Shown here piece after piece: positions 46,368 through 59,090 of a stretch of 64,000 bases of DNA. The notes beneath the pieces were generated by a model that worked only from the letters and a program-made list of their open reading frames with translations, ran no database searches and had not been told where the DNA came from. This DNA comes from Heteronotia binoei (Eukaryota). Position numbers and translations under genes: made by a program. The stretch is from positions 53,134,001 through 53,198,000 of the forward strand of contig NC_083236.1 of NCBI RefSeq assembly GCF_032191835.1, given 5' to 3'. The stretch's first letter is position 1. Each line of letters opens with the position of its first letter.

Positions 46368-48874
46368 ACAGCTAATTCTGCATTTTAATGATTCTCTGTG
46401 TAAAATTAGGGTTGCCAGCCTCAAGGTGCGGCCTGGAGATCTCCCGCTTTTACCACTGATCTCCAGCTGGCAGAAATCAGCTCCCCTGGAGAAAATGGCT
46501 GCTTTGAAAGATGGATTCTATAGCAATGTACCATGCTGAGGCCCCTCCCCTCCCCAAACCCCACTCTCTTTTGGCTCCACCCCCAAAGCGTCCAGGTATT
46601 TTCCAACACACACCTGGAAGCCCTAGTAAGGATTTTGTTTTGTCCATCCCAAATCTACTGCTCATCAGCGTCATTGGATGCCCTAGGATTTGGGAAGAGG
46701 GAGATAAAGGTCTCTGCCAACTCTCTCCATTCCATGCATAAACCTCTATCAAATCCCCCTTTAGCTGTCTCTTTTGTAAACTGAAAAGTCCCAGACTCTT
46801 CAGCCTTTCTTCAGGGAAGTTGCTCCAACCACCTAATCTTCTTGAGAGCCAGTTTGGTGTAGTGGTTAAGTGTGCGGACTCTTACCTGGGAGAACTGGGT
46901 TTGATTCCCCACTCCTCCACTTGCACCTGCTGAGATGGCCTTGGGTCAGCCATAGTTTTCATAGAAGCTGTTCTTGAAAGGGCAGCTGCTGTAAAAGCAC
47001 TCTCAGCCCCACCTACTTCACAGGGTGTTTGTTGGGGGGCGGGATGTAGAGGAGATTGTGATCGCTCTGAGACTCTGAGATTCAGAGTATAGGGCAGGAT
47101 ATAAATCCAGAATCATCATCATCTTCTTCTTCTTGGTCAGCCATACTATGCAACTGTGGATGTCAGTTTTGGCCATAGAGGTTAGGAATCTCAGGCCTGA
47201 GCAAGGGCTTTAGCATTCTGCATACTCCTTTTCCATAGAAGCAGGACACAGGATTTCTAGTGTCTTGACCCCACTGGTGGACCTCCTGATGGCACATGGG
47301 TTTTTGTGGCCACTCTGTGACACAGAGTGTTGGACTGGATGGGCCGTTGGCCTGATCCAACATGGCTTCTCTTATGTTCCTACATTATGTAAAATAATCA
47401 CAAGCAAGTCTGTTTTCTGAGCCAATGTGACAAAGTGATTGGACTAGGATCTGGGAAACCCAAGTTCAAATCCCCATTTGTGCCACAGAAGCCTGCTGGG
47501 TCGTGTTGGGCCATTCACACACTTGCCGAGCCAACCTACTTCATAGGGCTGTTGTGAGGATAAAATGGAGGAGAGGAAAATGATGTAGGCTACTTTGGGT
47601 CCTCATTGGGGAAAAGGGGGGGTATAAACAAAGTCATTAAATTAGTTGATTTGGGTACAGGGTTTTTGCTTTCCTCGTTCCACAAGTTGGGTTACCTTTT
47701 TTGGGGAAGGGGGTAGCATAAACCCCTTTGGGTTTAGTTGAGATGTGGATGGCCAGATCAGTTGTGCGGCATATCCATTGGGAGCGTGTTGTAATATATT
47801 ATCACAGTAACGGAAATGCAATAAGACGTCTGCTGATTTGTTTCTTCCATATTGTGTCATAAAATATCTTTATTTCTTTTCAGTAATAAACCATACTGCA
47901 TTGCAAATCCAATAAATAAGACATAAAAAGTTCATTCCTCTCCCTCCATAGCAGTTTCGTCCGGCCGCTTTTAAAGTACATTTATGTTTAACCTTGCTTT
48001 ACAACCTGCGTGTTAAGCTGCAGTCTCTCTTTGTCGTACCCGATGCTGCAAAAGATTTCTCAGACTAGCTGGGGAAACAAAGATGATAGATGTTTCTGCA
48101 TGCTAGGATTTGTCACATCTCTTGACAGGATGGTTTATTGATATAAGTCACTTACATTCCACCTCTTCAGCTATTCCAGACCATTTACAAACCTGTTTAA
48201 AATCATAATATGAAACAATCACAAAAAAAACCTAAGCAAAGAGACTTGATGTGAAATAGTTTCCACAATATCTGAGACCTGAAATTACCACAGCCTCGCA
48301 CCGGTTGCATCTGAGCCAGAATTCGCTTCACTCCTCCTAGATTGGGCACGTGAAATCTCACTTCTGATTGGTTGGTAGCTTCTCTGGGCATGGTTTCAGA
48401 TGAGCATTTATCTTGCCAAATATTCCGATTTCCTCTAGGTATGTTAATGTAAACTGCATTGGCATGTATTTGTGATTAACTGGCATTGAACGCATACAGG
48501 TGATCTACTATTGCAAAGTGCTTCAACTGTTGCTTTTGAGGATTCATTGGCTGAGCCCAGATACTGTGTGACGATACAATTGTGTGTGCGCGTCACTGTA
48601 TGTTTTAGGCCAAAGCAAGTGGATTCAGGATAGCATGTTCCTATTAGAATCAATCCTGAATCAAACTTTTTGTTGAGCATCCAGTCAGTCACAGGTTCAC
48701 CTCTTGATTCTTCTTTTGGAATTATACTATGGGAATCTTAGTTCCATGAAAGGCAATTCCATGAATTCTCAGCACTTTATACAATGTACAGTACCCAGGA
48801 TGCCTTGGTAGGTGATACAGCAGCTGAAGAGTATAAGATGTGTAGAGATTTGAAGCATAGATCAGTGTATAGAC

Positions 48875-49281
48875 CAGGGGTGGCCAAACTGTGGCTTGGA
48901 AACTACGTGAGGCTCTTTCACACATATTTTGTGGCTCTTGAAGCCCCCACCACCCTGTCAGTCAGCTTGGAGAAGGCATTTCTCTCTTTAAACCATTTCA
49001 AGCCAAGTCAGCTAGCAGCTTGGAGAATGCATTTCAAGATAAAGTTGCTTTCTTTCCACTTCTCNNNNNNNNNNNNNNNNNNNNNNNNNNNNNNNNNNNN
49101 NNNNNNNNNNNNNNNNNNNNNNNNNNNNNNNNNNNNNNNNNNNNNNNNNNNNNNNNNNNNNNNNNNNNNNNNNNNNNNNNNNNNNNNNNNNNNNNNNNNN
49201 NNNNNNNCATGCCTTGCAACTCTCAAATATCTGACGTTTATTCTGTGTGGCTCTTACATTAAGCAAGTTTGGCCACCCCTA
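48875..49281. mobile_element. hAT (Charlie-like) MITE, CAGGGGTGGCCAAACT termini, containing an assembly gap
   Basis: TSD gtatagac on both sides; N-run 49065-49207. Confidence 0.85.
49065..49207. other. Assembly gap (143 N)
   Basis: N-run. Confidence 1.
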
Positions 49282-49487
49282 GTATAGACCCTGAGCACCA
49301 CTTGTTTTAGCCTCTGGCTTCCTTGCCCACCGGTCTTCTTGAGAGTCAAGACTTACCTTGCAAGCAACCTCTTGGCGAGGTCTGGAACTTGGTCTGGCAC
49401 ACAAGGCTTGTGACCTCATGAACAGACTTGACCAAGCAGTATTCTCTTTCTTGCCCTCAGCTTCAAAAGACTGAGCGAAAGCAATAC

Positions 49488-49690
49488 GGTGGCTCAGTGA
49501 TAGAGCATCTGCTTGGTAAGCAGAAGGTCCCAGGTTCAATCCCCGGCATCTCCAACTAAAAAGGGTCCAGGCAAGTAGGTGTGAAAAACCTCAGCTTGAA
49601 ACCCCGGAGAGCCGCTGCCAGTCTGAGTAGACAAGACTGACTTTGATGGACTGAAGGTCTGATTCAATAGAAGGCAGCTTCATATGTTCA
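49488..49690 (+). mobile_element. tRNA-headed SINE with CR1-like 3' tail (Squam2-like; name uncertain)
   Basis: ggctcagtgatagagcatctgcttgg...ccaggttcaatccccggcatctcc head; ggtctgattcaatagaaggcagcttcatatgttc tail; partial copies at ~17480-17580, 23195-23265 and 50430-50530. Confidence 0.7.
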
Positions 49691-50044
49691 ACCCCTGCTC
49701 TTCTGGAGACCGTTGCTGGAACTATACCGATGAGGTTTTAATTAGTCCCGAATACTGCAGAGAGCTAGGATTACTCTGGTTACACAGTTGATGCTTGGGT
49801 TTCTACCCTAGTGCTGTGTCTCCTTTCATCTACCTCAAGCCTGGCACTTCCATTGCTCCTGCTGGGTGGAGGCAGATCTTACTGGGTTCATGGGCTCAGG
49901 TCCAGGGCTGGCACTTAGTTTGCCAAACAACTATTGTGACATAAGACATACTCAAAACAATAACATGGAGACAGTGTGGTATAGCATCTATTACATTGCT
50001 GTATTTTAGGGGGTATTTTTGTAACTTTATGTGTGTGTATGTGT

Positions 50045-50238
50045 GGCTGCACTTGGAAGTCATGTTGACCTCTGGTGACTGACCCCTACTTGAGGATATT
50101 CAGGGAGGTGGCTGAATAAGCCTGCCTCTGCCTCCCAACTGGGTATTTCAAGGACAGTCTCCCATCCAAGTACTAACCGCAGGCAACCCTGTTTAGCTTC
50201 CGAGATCTGATGAGATCAAGTTTGCCTGGGTCATCCAG
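50045..50238 (-). mobile_element. 5S rRNA-headed SINE
   Basis: Minus strand reads gatctcatcagatctcggaagctaaacaggg...gttagtacttggatgggagac (5S internal promoter region) followed by a non-5S body; other copies at 13838-14015 (-) and 33735-34205 (+, interrupted). Confidence 0.75.
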
Positions 50239-51305
50239 CTCATTGCTATATTTGTGGTATATTCCCTTGCACTTTAAAACTGCCAGGAAATATGCTGGAG
50301 ATACAATGCTGGAGTGATGTAATATTGAAGTGACCACAAGAGGGAGCAAAAGAGGTGCAGAAAAAAAAATCCAAAGCAGTAGGGGCACACAAGCGACAAA
50401 AATGAGAGTGCAAAAGAACCTATTGAGAGATCTTCAGCTGAAACCCTGGAGAGCCTCAGCCAGTCTGAGTAGACGATGCTGACCTTGACGGACCAATGGC
50501 TTGAGTCGTTATAAGGCAGCTTCATATGTTCCTTAGAGCTTTGTCGCTACCCATTTCAACATTTTCAATGTGGCTTATGTTGTTGTCAAAATGTGCTTGT
50601 TTTGGATTACACTGAGTCATGTTTTAGAAGCTTGAACCTCCGTTTAAGGTGTTGTGATTTACTGAAAAACATTAAGTGGCAGTAAAGCTACCAGGATTTT
50701 CAAGTGAAGTCTAATGAGCACAAATTATACTTATACGGGAAACTGAACATACAATCAGACAAAACCCACTCACACCGAAGAAATTCTTTTTAAAGTGTCA
50801 AGGACAAGCCCTGGACAAAACTGCCTTTTAAAAGTTTTTAGCTGGGAGCACAGGTCTTTGTCCTGAAGATTTGCGTCTGTATGCGTGTTTGCATTATGTC
50901 GTTCATAAAAATATAGACGGGCTGAGCGATTTATAAAAAGATTGCCCGTAAATGCAGTATTATCGAGAGGAAATGCATTAACTGTTATTACGGCCGAGGC
51001 TAAAGCTCTAAAGCTTACAGAAGTTGTTGCTGTGTAATGATGGTTTTTTTGTGTGTATCAGAGCTCTCGCTGGTGCTTCTGGAGAACACTCCAGAACAGA
51101 AACACCGGTAATCCAATACTCACCATGTAGATGTATTGAAATTGTAGGCTTTTCCCCTTTCTTAACACTGTCTTATGCACTGCCATAAATAAATAAATTA
51201 CGCTCATGTTTCTCTGTTTCTTAATTCACTTAGAATCATAGAGTTGGAAATGGCCACACAAGCCATCTAGTCCAACCCCCTGCTCAGCGCAGGATCAACC
51301 TAGAG

Positions 51306-51761
51306 CGGGGGTCTCCAACCACCAGGCTGCGGACCAGTACCGGTCCGTGGCCTGGTAGCAACTGGGCTGCAGAGCGAGGCAGAAGTGCCACACCACCCCC
51401 ACCTGCCTGTAGAGCAGCCTCTTTCATCTGCCCTGGTCCCATGCCAGCAGAAGGGGCAGTGCTGCTGCGACCTTAGCCTACTCCTCATTTATAGACCTTC
51501 GCCAATCAGCTGATCACAGGGGTCTTTAAATGGGAGGGGGAGACAGATTGGCCTTCTGCCACCTGGCCACTTAGCAGGGAGGAGGCAGAAACAGCCCCAG
51601 TCCCCCTCCCATCTAAAGACCCCCATGGTGGTCAGGAACGGGGGGCAGGCGGGGGGCAACCTGGGACAGCAACCCCCCCCCCCCCCACACACACACTGGT
51701 ATGTGGAAAAATTGTCTTCCACAAAACCAGTCCCTGGTGCCAAAAAGGTTGGAAGCCACTG
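51306..51761. mobile_element. hAT MITE A (CAGGGGTCYCCAAC-like termini) in CR1
   Basis: Flanks acctagag / gcctagag. Confidence 0.75.
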
Positions 51762-51769
51762 GCCTAGAG

Positions 51770-51889
51770 CACGGCTGGCCAACGGTAGCTCCCCAGATGT
51801 TTTTGCCTACAACTATTCGCCATGCTGGCTGGGGGATGATGGGAGTTGTAGGCAAAAAACATCTGGAGAGCTACCGTTGGCCACCCCTG
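51770..51889. mobile_element. hAT MITE B (hairpin, CAGGGGTGGCCAACGGTAGCTC termini) in CR1
   Basis: Flanks gcctagag / gcttagag; internal hairpin cctacaact...agttgtagg. Confidence 0.75.
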
Positions 51890-54800
51890 GCTTAGAGCAT
51901 CACAGACAAATGTTTGTCCAGCCGCTGCTTGACGACTGCCAGTGAGGGGGAGCTCACCACCTCCCTAAGCAGTTGATTCCTCTTACCCAGCCACTACCTT
52001 TCTCCCTGTAATTTGAACCCATGATTGCGAGCCCTCTCCCCTGCTGCCAACCAGAACAGCTCCCTGCCTTCCTCTGACAGTCTTTCAAATACTTCAAGAG
52101 AACAATCGTGTGTCCCCTCAACCCCCTCTTCTCTAAATGGAACATTCCCAAGTCCCTCAGCCTTTCCTTGTAGGGCTTGGCCTCCAGCAGCCCCTTGAGC
52201 ACCTTCGTTGCTGTCTTCTGCACCCACCCCGTTTTGTCCACATCCTTTCTTTGTGACCTTATGCTAAAATAGCATCTTACTGGAATACAAAAAAAGAATG
52301 GAATGAGAACAGTGGCAGGCAGAGCTTAAATCGCTAATGCTGGTGTCAATGAGGACTGCTGCGCCTTCTTTAAAATGCGATCAGGTCATTATTCCATGTT
52401 CTGAACCCTGGCCTTTTTTTTAAGGGGGTATAAATATTGTGTATTGGGAATGGCAAGTATTAACGTAATTCTGAGTCAGTGTAAAAATTACAGTGGTCCT
52501 AAGTTTGGATTCCAGCTACTCAGCCAGGAAGAAATATTTGTCATTACTCCAGTGCAGAACCCCCTGAGTGTTTTCATTTTCCCCAGCAGAAATCCCAAAA
52601 GTAGTTTTGAGGAATTATTTATTTGCTAATTCAGTGTTTCTCGTTTAGACAGAGGATCTGGCTTTGACAAAGATAAATGGGGAGGGCTGGCTTTGATCTT
52701 CCAAAGCACTATCTTCACACTGTGGGTTGGGACCCTTGGGGGGGGTCACTAAACCTCAGTTGCTATAGAAGCCCATAGAATCACCATTTTGCAGCCTTTG
52801 CAAGGACAAGCATTTGTGTTGTGTGCGTAGAAAGCAAGGGCGCGTCTCCTTCCTCCCTTTGCGTACCCAATGGGTGGAGCGGTTTCTCATTAGCACAGGC
52901 AGATTCAGAGGCACCCACTTCCCACCAAAGTGCTCTCCGTTTCCTTCTCTCTCTTCCTTCAGCTACACCATCACCCATTGTGCCAGCTGGGCCTCCAGTA
53001 TCCCATGGATGTTTGCAGCGCTTCCCACTCCAATGGTGAGATCAAAACCCTGGATCCACCACTTCCTGTCATGTGACTCTGACATTGCGTGAATTCCTGC
53101 CTTGTGGTTGCAGCTCAGTGCACCTTTAATTGTGACTCCTGAGTCTTACAGTGCGGGGCATCCCTTCGTGTCCCATTGCTTGGTACAGTACCAGCAGGAG
53201 GGGAGAAAGATTAGAACCCACTGGCAACATGTGTGTTCTATTATATCACTTCTGGTAAAAAGCCAGAGGTGGGGGAGGGTAACTCTTTGGTTTTGCCATA
53301 AAGTTTCCAGCTATTCCTAGAGCTACTCTCTGTTACTTAAGTTTTCACTAGAAGAGACATTTCAGCACACGCATCATTCCCCTCCCTCCCATGTCTTCTC
53401 AGATCTCCTGCTGGTTGCCCATTGAGGCCTCGCAACCCTACTAGGAAAGTCTGGAAAGACTGAGGACCACAACTGAAGGGGGAAATCTCCCAAAGAGTCC
53501 TTGGTTCTTCTCCCCACCCCCTCGAAAGGTTTTTCCATTCTCACACGGAGTGGTGAGAGCAGCAACACACGACCTGAAACTCTCTGTCTGATGTTGCTGT
53601 CCTGCAGGCTTCCTCAGAGAGTGCTAGCTTCCACCCTCCTTTGGTCTATGATCCTTGAGTCCCTACCTCATAATTGCCAAACCAGCTGATATTAGGTTAT
53701 TCTCAGTAAAGCCACCGCCTGTTTTTCCCTCCGTCGTGTGTGTGAGCTCTCCTTCTTTATCTCTGCAGGCAGTTTCCAGCAGTCCTACATCTACCGGTTT
53801 AAGTATACTTAATCCAGTTTTTTTTAACAAATAATATGTCATTAACTTGCCTTGTTTTCTTTACCAGTTGCCAAATCTAGATACCTGGGAGGGTTTTTTT
53901 TTGGGGGGGGGGCTGCTGTTTCCCTCCCTAAAAGCTTACTTCCTGTTACCTGTTGTACAATAAACAAAAGCAGCATCCAGATGTCACGTGCCAAGCTCAA
54001 GTAGCTTACAATCTCCCCCCCCTCCCCCACCCGCCGGTTCTTCTGACTGACTTCTCTTCAAGCTGGCACTCTGAAATAAAAATGACTGAAGCATCAAGTC
54101 ACCTAGAGAAAAGATTGCAGCCCCTTGTTGATAAAGCACTTCATCAAGGGTGGCAAGCCATGAAATCTTGCTCACCGGGCAAAGAAGATTTAGATGAGAA
54201 ATAAAAGAAGCTGCTGTTTGTTTCAGGGCAAAAGCCTAGTCTGGTTTTTAGCCTTATAATAGGCAATATTTGTCTATTAACTTCTGTGCGCCTAAATGCC
54301 TTTTCTTTTATGTCTTCATTTGGAAATATGAAAGCCAAATATTGGCCAAAGCTAGTTATCTCTCACGACTGCAGATATGAATGGAAGAATCCCCCCCCCC
54401 CCGTTTTCTTTCTTCCCACCCCATCTTTCAGCCTGAATAATGATTCTCTTAAGCCACATTTTCTAAAATAATATGTGAAAGCACAGTAAATAAAAAAATG
54501 CCATTCAAAAGTATACATATTTTACAACGATCCCAGGTTTCGTGCTCCTATGTTCCTCTGTTCTGCAGTCAATTTCGTGCTCAAATTTTGCACCATCGTT
54601 TCTCAAGGAGATTTGTCTGGTACACGGGAATGCCCAAAGTTCTACGGACAAGTCTGTTTTCAAATGGTGCTTTGAAAAACTAGCAATCCTGGTGTCCTAC
54701 CAGGTAGATCAAAACCGAACCTTATTAATAACAGCAGGAACTGGCCCGTGCAGAAGTCCACCAGCTTCTGTGATTCTTTTCTCTCCCGACTGCACTCTGT

Positions 54801-57800
54801 GTTGTTTTGTCTGAGAGGCACGAACTTGGCACAGTCAAACACTGGAGCCGCCTGACTGGAATTTAATCATCCACGGTGCAGGTAGACGTGGGCTTTCTGC
54901 ATTCTGTTCTTGTATTCGCATCTCGGGTGCCGAAGCTAAGCTTTAGCTGGAAGGAGTTATTTGCCCAGACTTGAGGCCGTACTGAATCAGGTGGGCAACT
55001 CTTTTCCTGGCAAAAAGTCCTGTGCCTTGAGGGACGTGCTCAGAAGGCATGTTGTTGTTTAGTTTAACTTTGGAAAGTTTTGTGTGTTCAGTTTTTCCTG
55101 GGATACACAGTCCAGAATTGAACCATTTAGGGGCTAACAGACCACGCAAAATGCTTTGAGGGCCAATGCTTGAGGTTTTCAGGGAGGCAGCCATGTTGAT
55201 CTGCAGTAAAACAGCTAGATGTGAGTCCACTAGCACTTTAGAGAATAGAAAATATTGCATTTCTATCCTACCCTCCACTCTGAATCTCAGAGTCTCAGAG
55301 CGGCTGACAATCTCCTTAGTCTTCCTCCCTCTCAACAGACACCCTGTGTGGTGGGTGGGGCTGAGAGAGCTCTCCCAGAAGTTGCCCTTTCAAGAATGGC
55401 TCTGCAAGAGCTATGGCTAACCCAGGGCCATTCCAGCAGCTGCAAATGGAGGAGTGGGGAATCAAACCTGGTTCTCCCAGATAAGAGTCTGCGCACTTAA
55501 CCACTGCACCAAACTTAGATTTTTTCAGGGTGTAAACTTTTGAGAATCCAAGCTCCCTTCATCAGAGATGCTCGTGTGTTGTTTATTTATTTATTACATT
55601 AAGCTTATATCCCACCCTTTCCGCAAGTGGATTCAGGGCAGCTCACAACATCAACTCGGCTTTCAACTTGCTGACCTTAAGTCGAGGCACAGAGAAAATT
55701 AGCCTTGGAGGGGAGGGGCCACACAAAGCTTTCCCCACTGCCCAGCAATTTGTCTGAGCTTCATTAGTAAAGCCTCATGCTTCTAAAAACACCACAGATT
55801 TATGATAATTGTGCAAAGCACAATCCAGCCCACAGTGACAGCCTGATTTTCTCCTGATGGATGATACTTGAGCGTACATAACAAGATGGGTTACAAACAC
55901 CATTGTACTCTTGTGTTTCAATGTGTCCTTCTTTTACAGGCTCTGGGAAGTCTGCTAGAGGAGGCACTGTTGCCCAGTGGTTGCTACATATAGGACTCAG
56001 ATTTTGCCTAAAATCAAGAATGGCCTCCAGCTTAGATCCAGCCCCCCCATTTGGCACGTATAGTGTCAGTGCACAGTGTACTGTGTGTAGGGTTGCCAGG
56101 TCCGACTCAAAGAAATATCTGAGGGCTTTAGAAGAAGAAGAAGACTGCAGATTTATACCCCGCCCTTCTCCCTGAATCAGAGTCTCAGAGCAGCTTACAA
56201 TCTCCTATATCTTCTCCCCCCACAACAGACACCCTGTGAGGTGGGTGGAGCTGAGAGGGCTCTCACAGCAGCTGCCCTTTCAAGGACAACTTCTGTAATA
56301 GCTATGGCTAACCCAAGGCCATTCCAGCAGGTGCAAGTGGAGGAGTGGGGAATCAAACCTGGTTCTCTCAGATAAGAGTCTGCACGCTTAACCACTACAC
56401 CACACTAGCTCTAGGGGGATAAGGGCACCTTCTTTTGGGGCTCATAGAACTGGATCCCCTGGTCCAATCTTTTTGAAACTTGCAGGGTATTTTGGGAAGA
56501 TGCACTGAATGCTAAAAATTTGGTGCCTCTATCTAAAAAACCAGACACCCCCCCGAGCCCCAGATACCCACTGATCAGTTCTCCATTATACCCTATGGGA
56601 ATCGGTCTCCATAGGGAATAATGGTGTGTCCAGCATACATTCCCCCCCTTCCTGCTTTCGGGCCTCCAACCCCAGGGGATCCCCTGCTCCCACCTGGGGA
56701 TTGGCAACCCTAACTGTGCGCAATCTGCCTTTATTAGCTATTATAATATGTTTCAGTTAAGTTCCCTGTATCTTGGGCAGACCCATGCTAGATGCAGACG
56801 ACAGTGGCAAAGTGGAGAGGCTAACAGCTCCAGCCCTGGAGCCAAAACCATAGGAGAACACCCCCAGCCAACGCAGGAAGCCAGCAGTAGCCCTCTGCCA
56901 GTGGGATGCTTTTGGCTAGGGACCAGCCGCATCGGGAAGGGCTGACTCACCTATGAGGCTGTTATAAGAAGTAACGGCATCCCATTGGGATTATACTGGG
57001 ATCCAGGCTGGCAAGGCAAGGAAGGTCTCTGCCCAAGGGGCAGCTGCAACTCACAGGTAGGATGTAAAAGCCTAGAGGGAGTTTGGGGCTGAACTGAGCA
57101 GTAATAGGGCTTTGGGGTATTGTTCTTAACTGCCCAAGAGGAAGAGCGAAGGGACATGCGGGCTCATTTGTGAACTCTATTTAGAGCAGGAATTGATCCT
57201 GGCCACTGCCATGGGTCTTTTGTCAGACAGGGTCTAGGTTTTTTGACTTGGCTGTCGTCTGAAATTGTTAACTTGAAATTGATTGATTGGTTGTTTTTGT
57301 CAGCTATTTTAAAGTTCTGTAATTGTTTTCTTGATGTTTTCCACCATGAGCCTGTTTGGGGAAGGGCAGGATAGAAATGTGGATGGATGGATGAGAAGTC
57401 CAGTTGGATCACAAGGGAAAGCCTGCTGCTGTAAACCTGAGAACAACCCAGTAAAATGGACTCTGATTCAAGGTGCACATGGACAAATGACCGCCTCCCA
57501 GCCTGATGTGCCTGCCAGCACTCAGAATTCCCAGCTCAGAGACTTGCGTGCTTTCTGATAGGCGTACAGCTCTTTGGGGCAGACGAGTACCCCCACTCAC
57601 TTCTATGCAAACATGGGGATCAACTCCTTCAGCAGGCATGACTGGGAGAGGCCATTTTGTTTGCACTGCCGAACCCATGTTACAGATCAGAATAATGTTG
57701 CAGTGCTCCAAGGGCTGAATAGCTGCCAATAACATCACACTGCTTGACGCATATAAAGTAGAGATTTTTTTTGCGATGCAAAAGCTATTCTAATAAATCA

Positions 57801-58165
57801 AATGTTGGTGATCTCTTCCCTTCCCTTTGCTGCCAGGTAGTAAAAAAAGCGAAGGCGCCTGTCCTTAACTTCCCAGGATCGCATCATTCAAAAGCGTATT
57901 GACAATACGGCTCCTTAGGTGGCACTGAGATTTATGTGTTTAACTTCCCTGGTGCTCCATTTCCCTGTCTGCACCGTCAAATTGATTAGTAGGCAATAAA
58001 GTTCGAGGGGAAGCAGCAATGCAGCCGGACTATGACAGCCATATTAATGAATGGCTTAAGCATTGTTAATGTTGTCCTCGCTTCTGGTTGCCTCTAACAA
58101 ACAAGAGGCAAATTCATCAAATGTAAAACTTTTTTTTTTTTAATATAAGTCTTTTATGCTTTTAG

Positions 58166-58221
58166 GGCCCTCTTGAAAATGACTTGGTGGTCCATGTTGC
58201 ATTGATTGCTGAAAGCCAACG
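58166..58221 (+). CDS. PHKB: PHKB coding exon, GPLENDLVVHVALIAESQ(R)
   Basis: gcttttag acceptor, 56 bp, acg|gtaagc donor; phase 0-2. Confidence 0.97.
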
Positions 58222-58572
58222 GTAAGCCATTCATAACCAGTAACAAGCCTCTGCTCCCAAATGCAAATGCTGTATATATAAACTACCAACCCCAGGAGAA
58301 GCCAGAGCTGCTTGACCCATATGTGGATGCTTAGAAAGTCTGTGAAACTACATGCGCGGTTCCTGTTCCAGAGCCTGAAGAAGCTACATTCTGTGAAACG
58401 GCTGGTCCAGCTAGTGGCACCGTCGCCAGAGTGGTGTGGCCAGGTCACATGGGACGCTTCATGAATTTGTGCTTTTGGACACTTATGAAAAGACTTCTTT
58501 CTGAATGTTGGATTGGTCTCTATTTGAATGTCTGAGTGGTCTATGTGAGATGTTCATCCCCTCCATGTAGGG

Positions 58573-59090
58573 CAGGGGTGGCCAAACTGTGGCTCGGGAG
58601 CCACATATGGCTCTTCCACACATATTGTGTGGCTCTTGAAACCTCCATCAGCTGACTTGGAGAAAGCATTTCTCTCTTTAAATCACTTTGTCAAGCCAGC
58701 TGGTGCCTTGAAGAATGCATTTAAAATTGCTTTCTTTCCACCTCNNNNNNNNNNNNNNNNNNNNNNNNNNNNNNNNNNNNNNNNNNNNNNNNNNNNNNNN
58801 NNNNNNNNNNNNNNNNNNNNNNNNNNNNNNNNNNNNNNNNNNNNNNNNNNNNNNNNNNNNNNNNNNNNNNNNNNNNNNNNNNNNNNNNNNNNNNNNNNNN
58901 NNNNNNNNNNNNNNNNNNNNNNNNNNNNNNNNNNNNNNNNNNNNNNNNNNNNNNNNNNNNNNNNNNNNNNNNNNNNNNNNNNNNNNNNNNNNNNNNNNNN
59001 NNNNNNNNNACATCTGACATTCATGATTTGCGGCTCTCAATCATCTGGCATCTATGTGGCTCTTACATTAAGCAAGTTTGGCCACCCTTG
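58573..59090. mobile_element. Same hAT MITE family, containing an assembly gap
   Basis: TSD atgtaggg on both sides; N-run 58745-59009. Confidence 0.85.
58745..59009. other. Assembly gap (265 N)
   Basis: N-run. Confidence 1.

Larger units (their letters stand above)
51231..52245 (-). mobile_element. CR1 LINE 3' fragment interrupted by two hAT MITEs
   Basis: VQKTATKVLKGLLEAKPYKERLRDLGMFHLEKRGLRG remnant; 3' end ttccaactctatgattctaag on the minus strand. Confidence 0.85.

Noticed and set aside
49488-49555. tRNA-like A/B-box sequence
   Set aside because: Head of a SINE, continuing into a CR1-like tail; not a tRNA gene.
50150-50238. 5S rRNA-like sequence (also 13950-14015, 34050-34115)
   Set aside because: Partial, diverged and fused to SINE bodies; not rRNA genes.
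53769-53870. Strong-looking + strand acceptor (ctccttctttatctctgcag) in the large intron
   Set aside because: No good donor follows, the frame closes within ~37 codons, and there is no similarity to PHKB.
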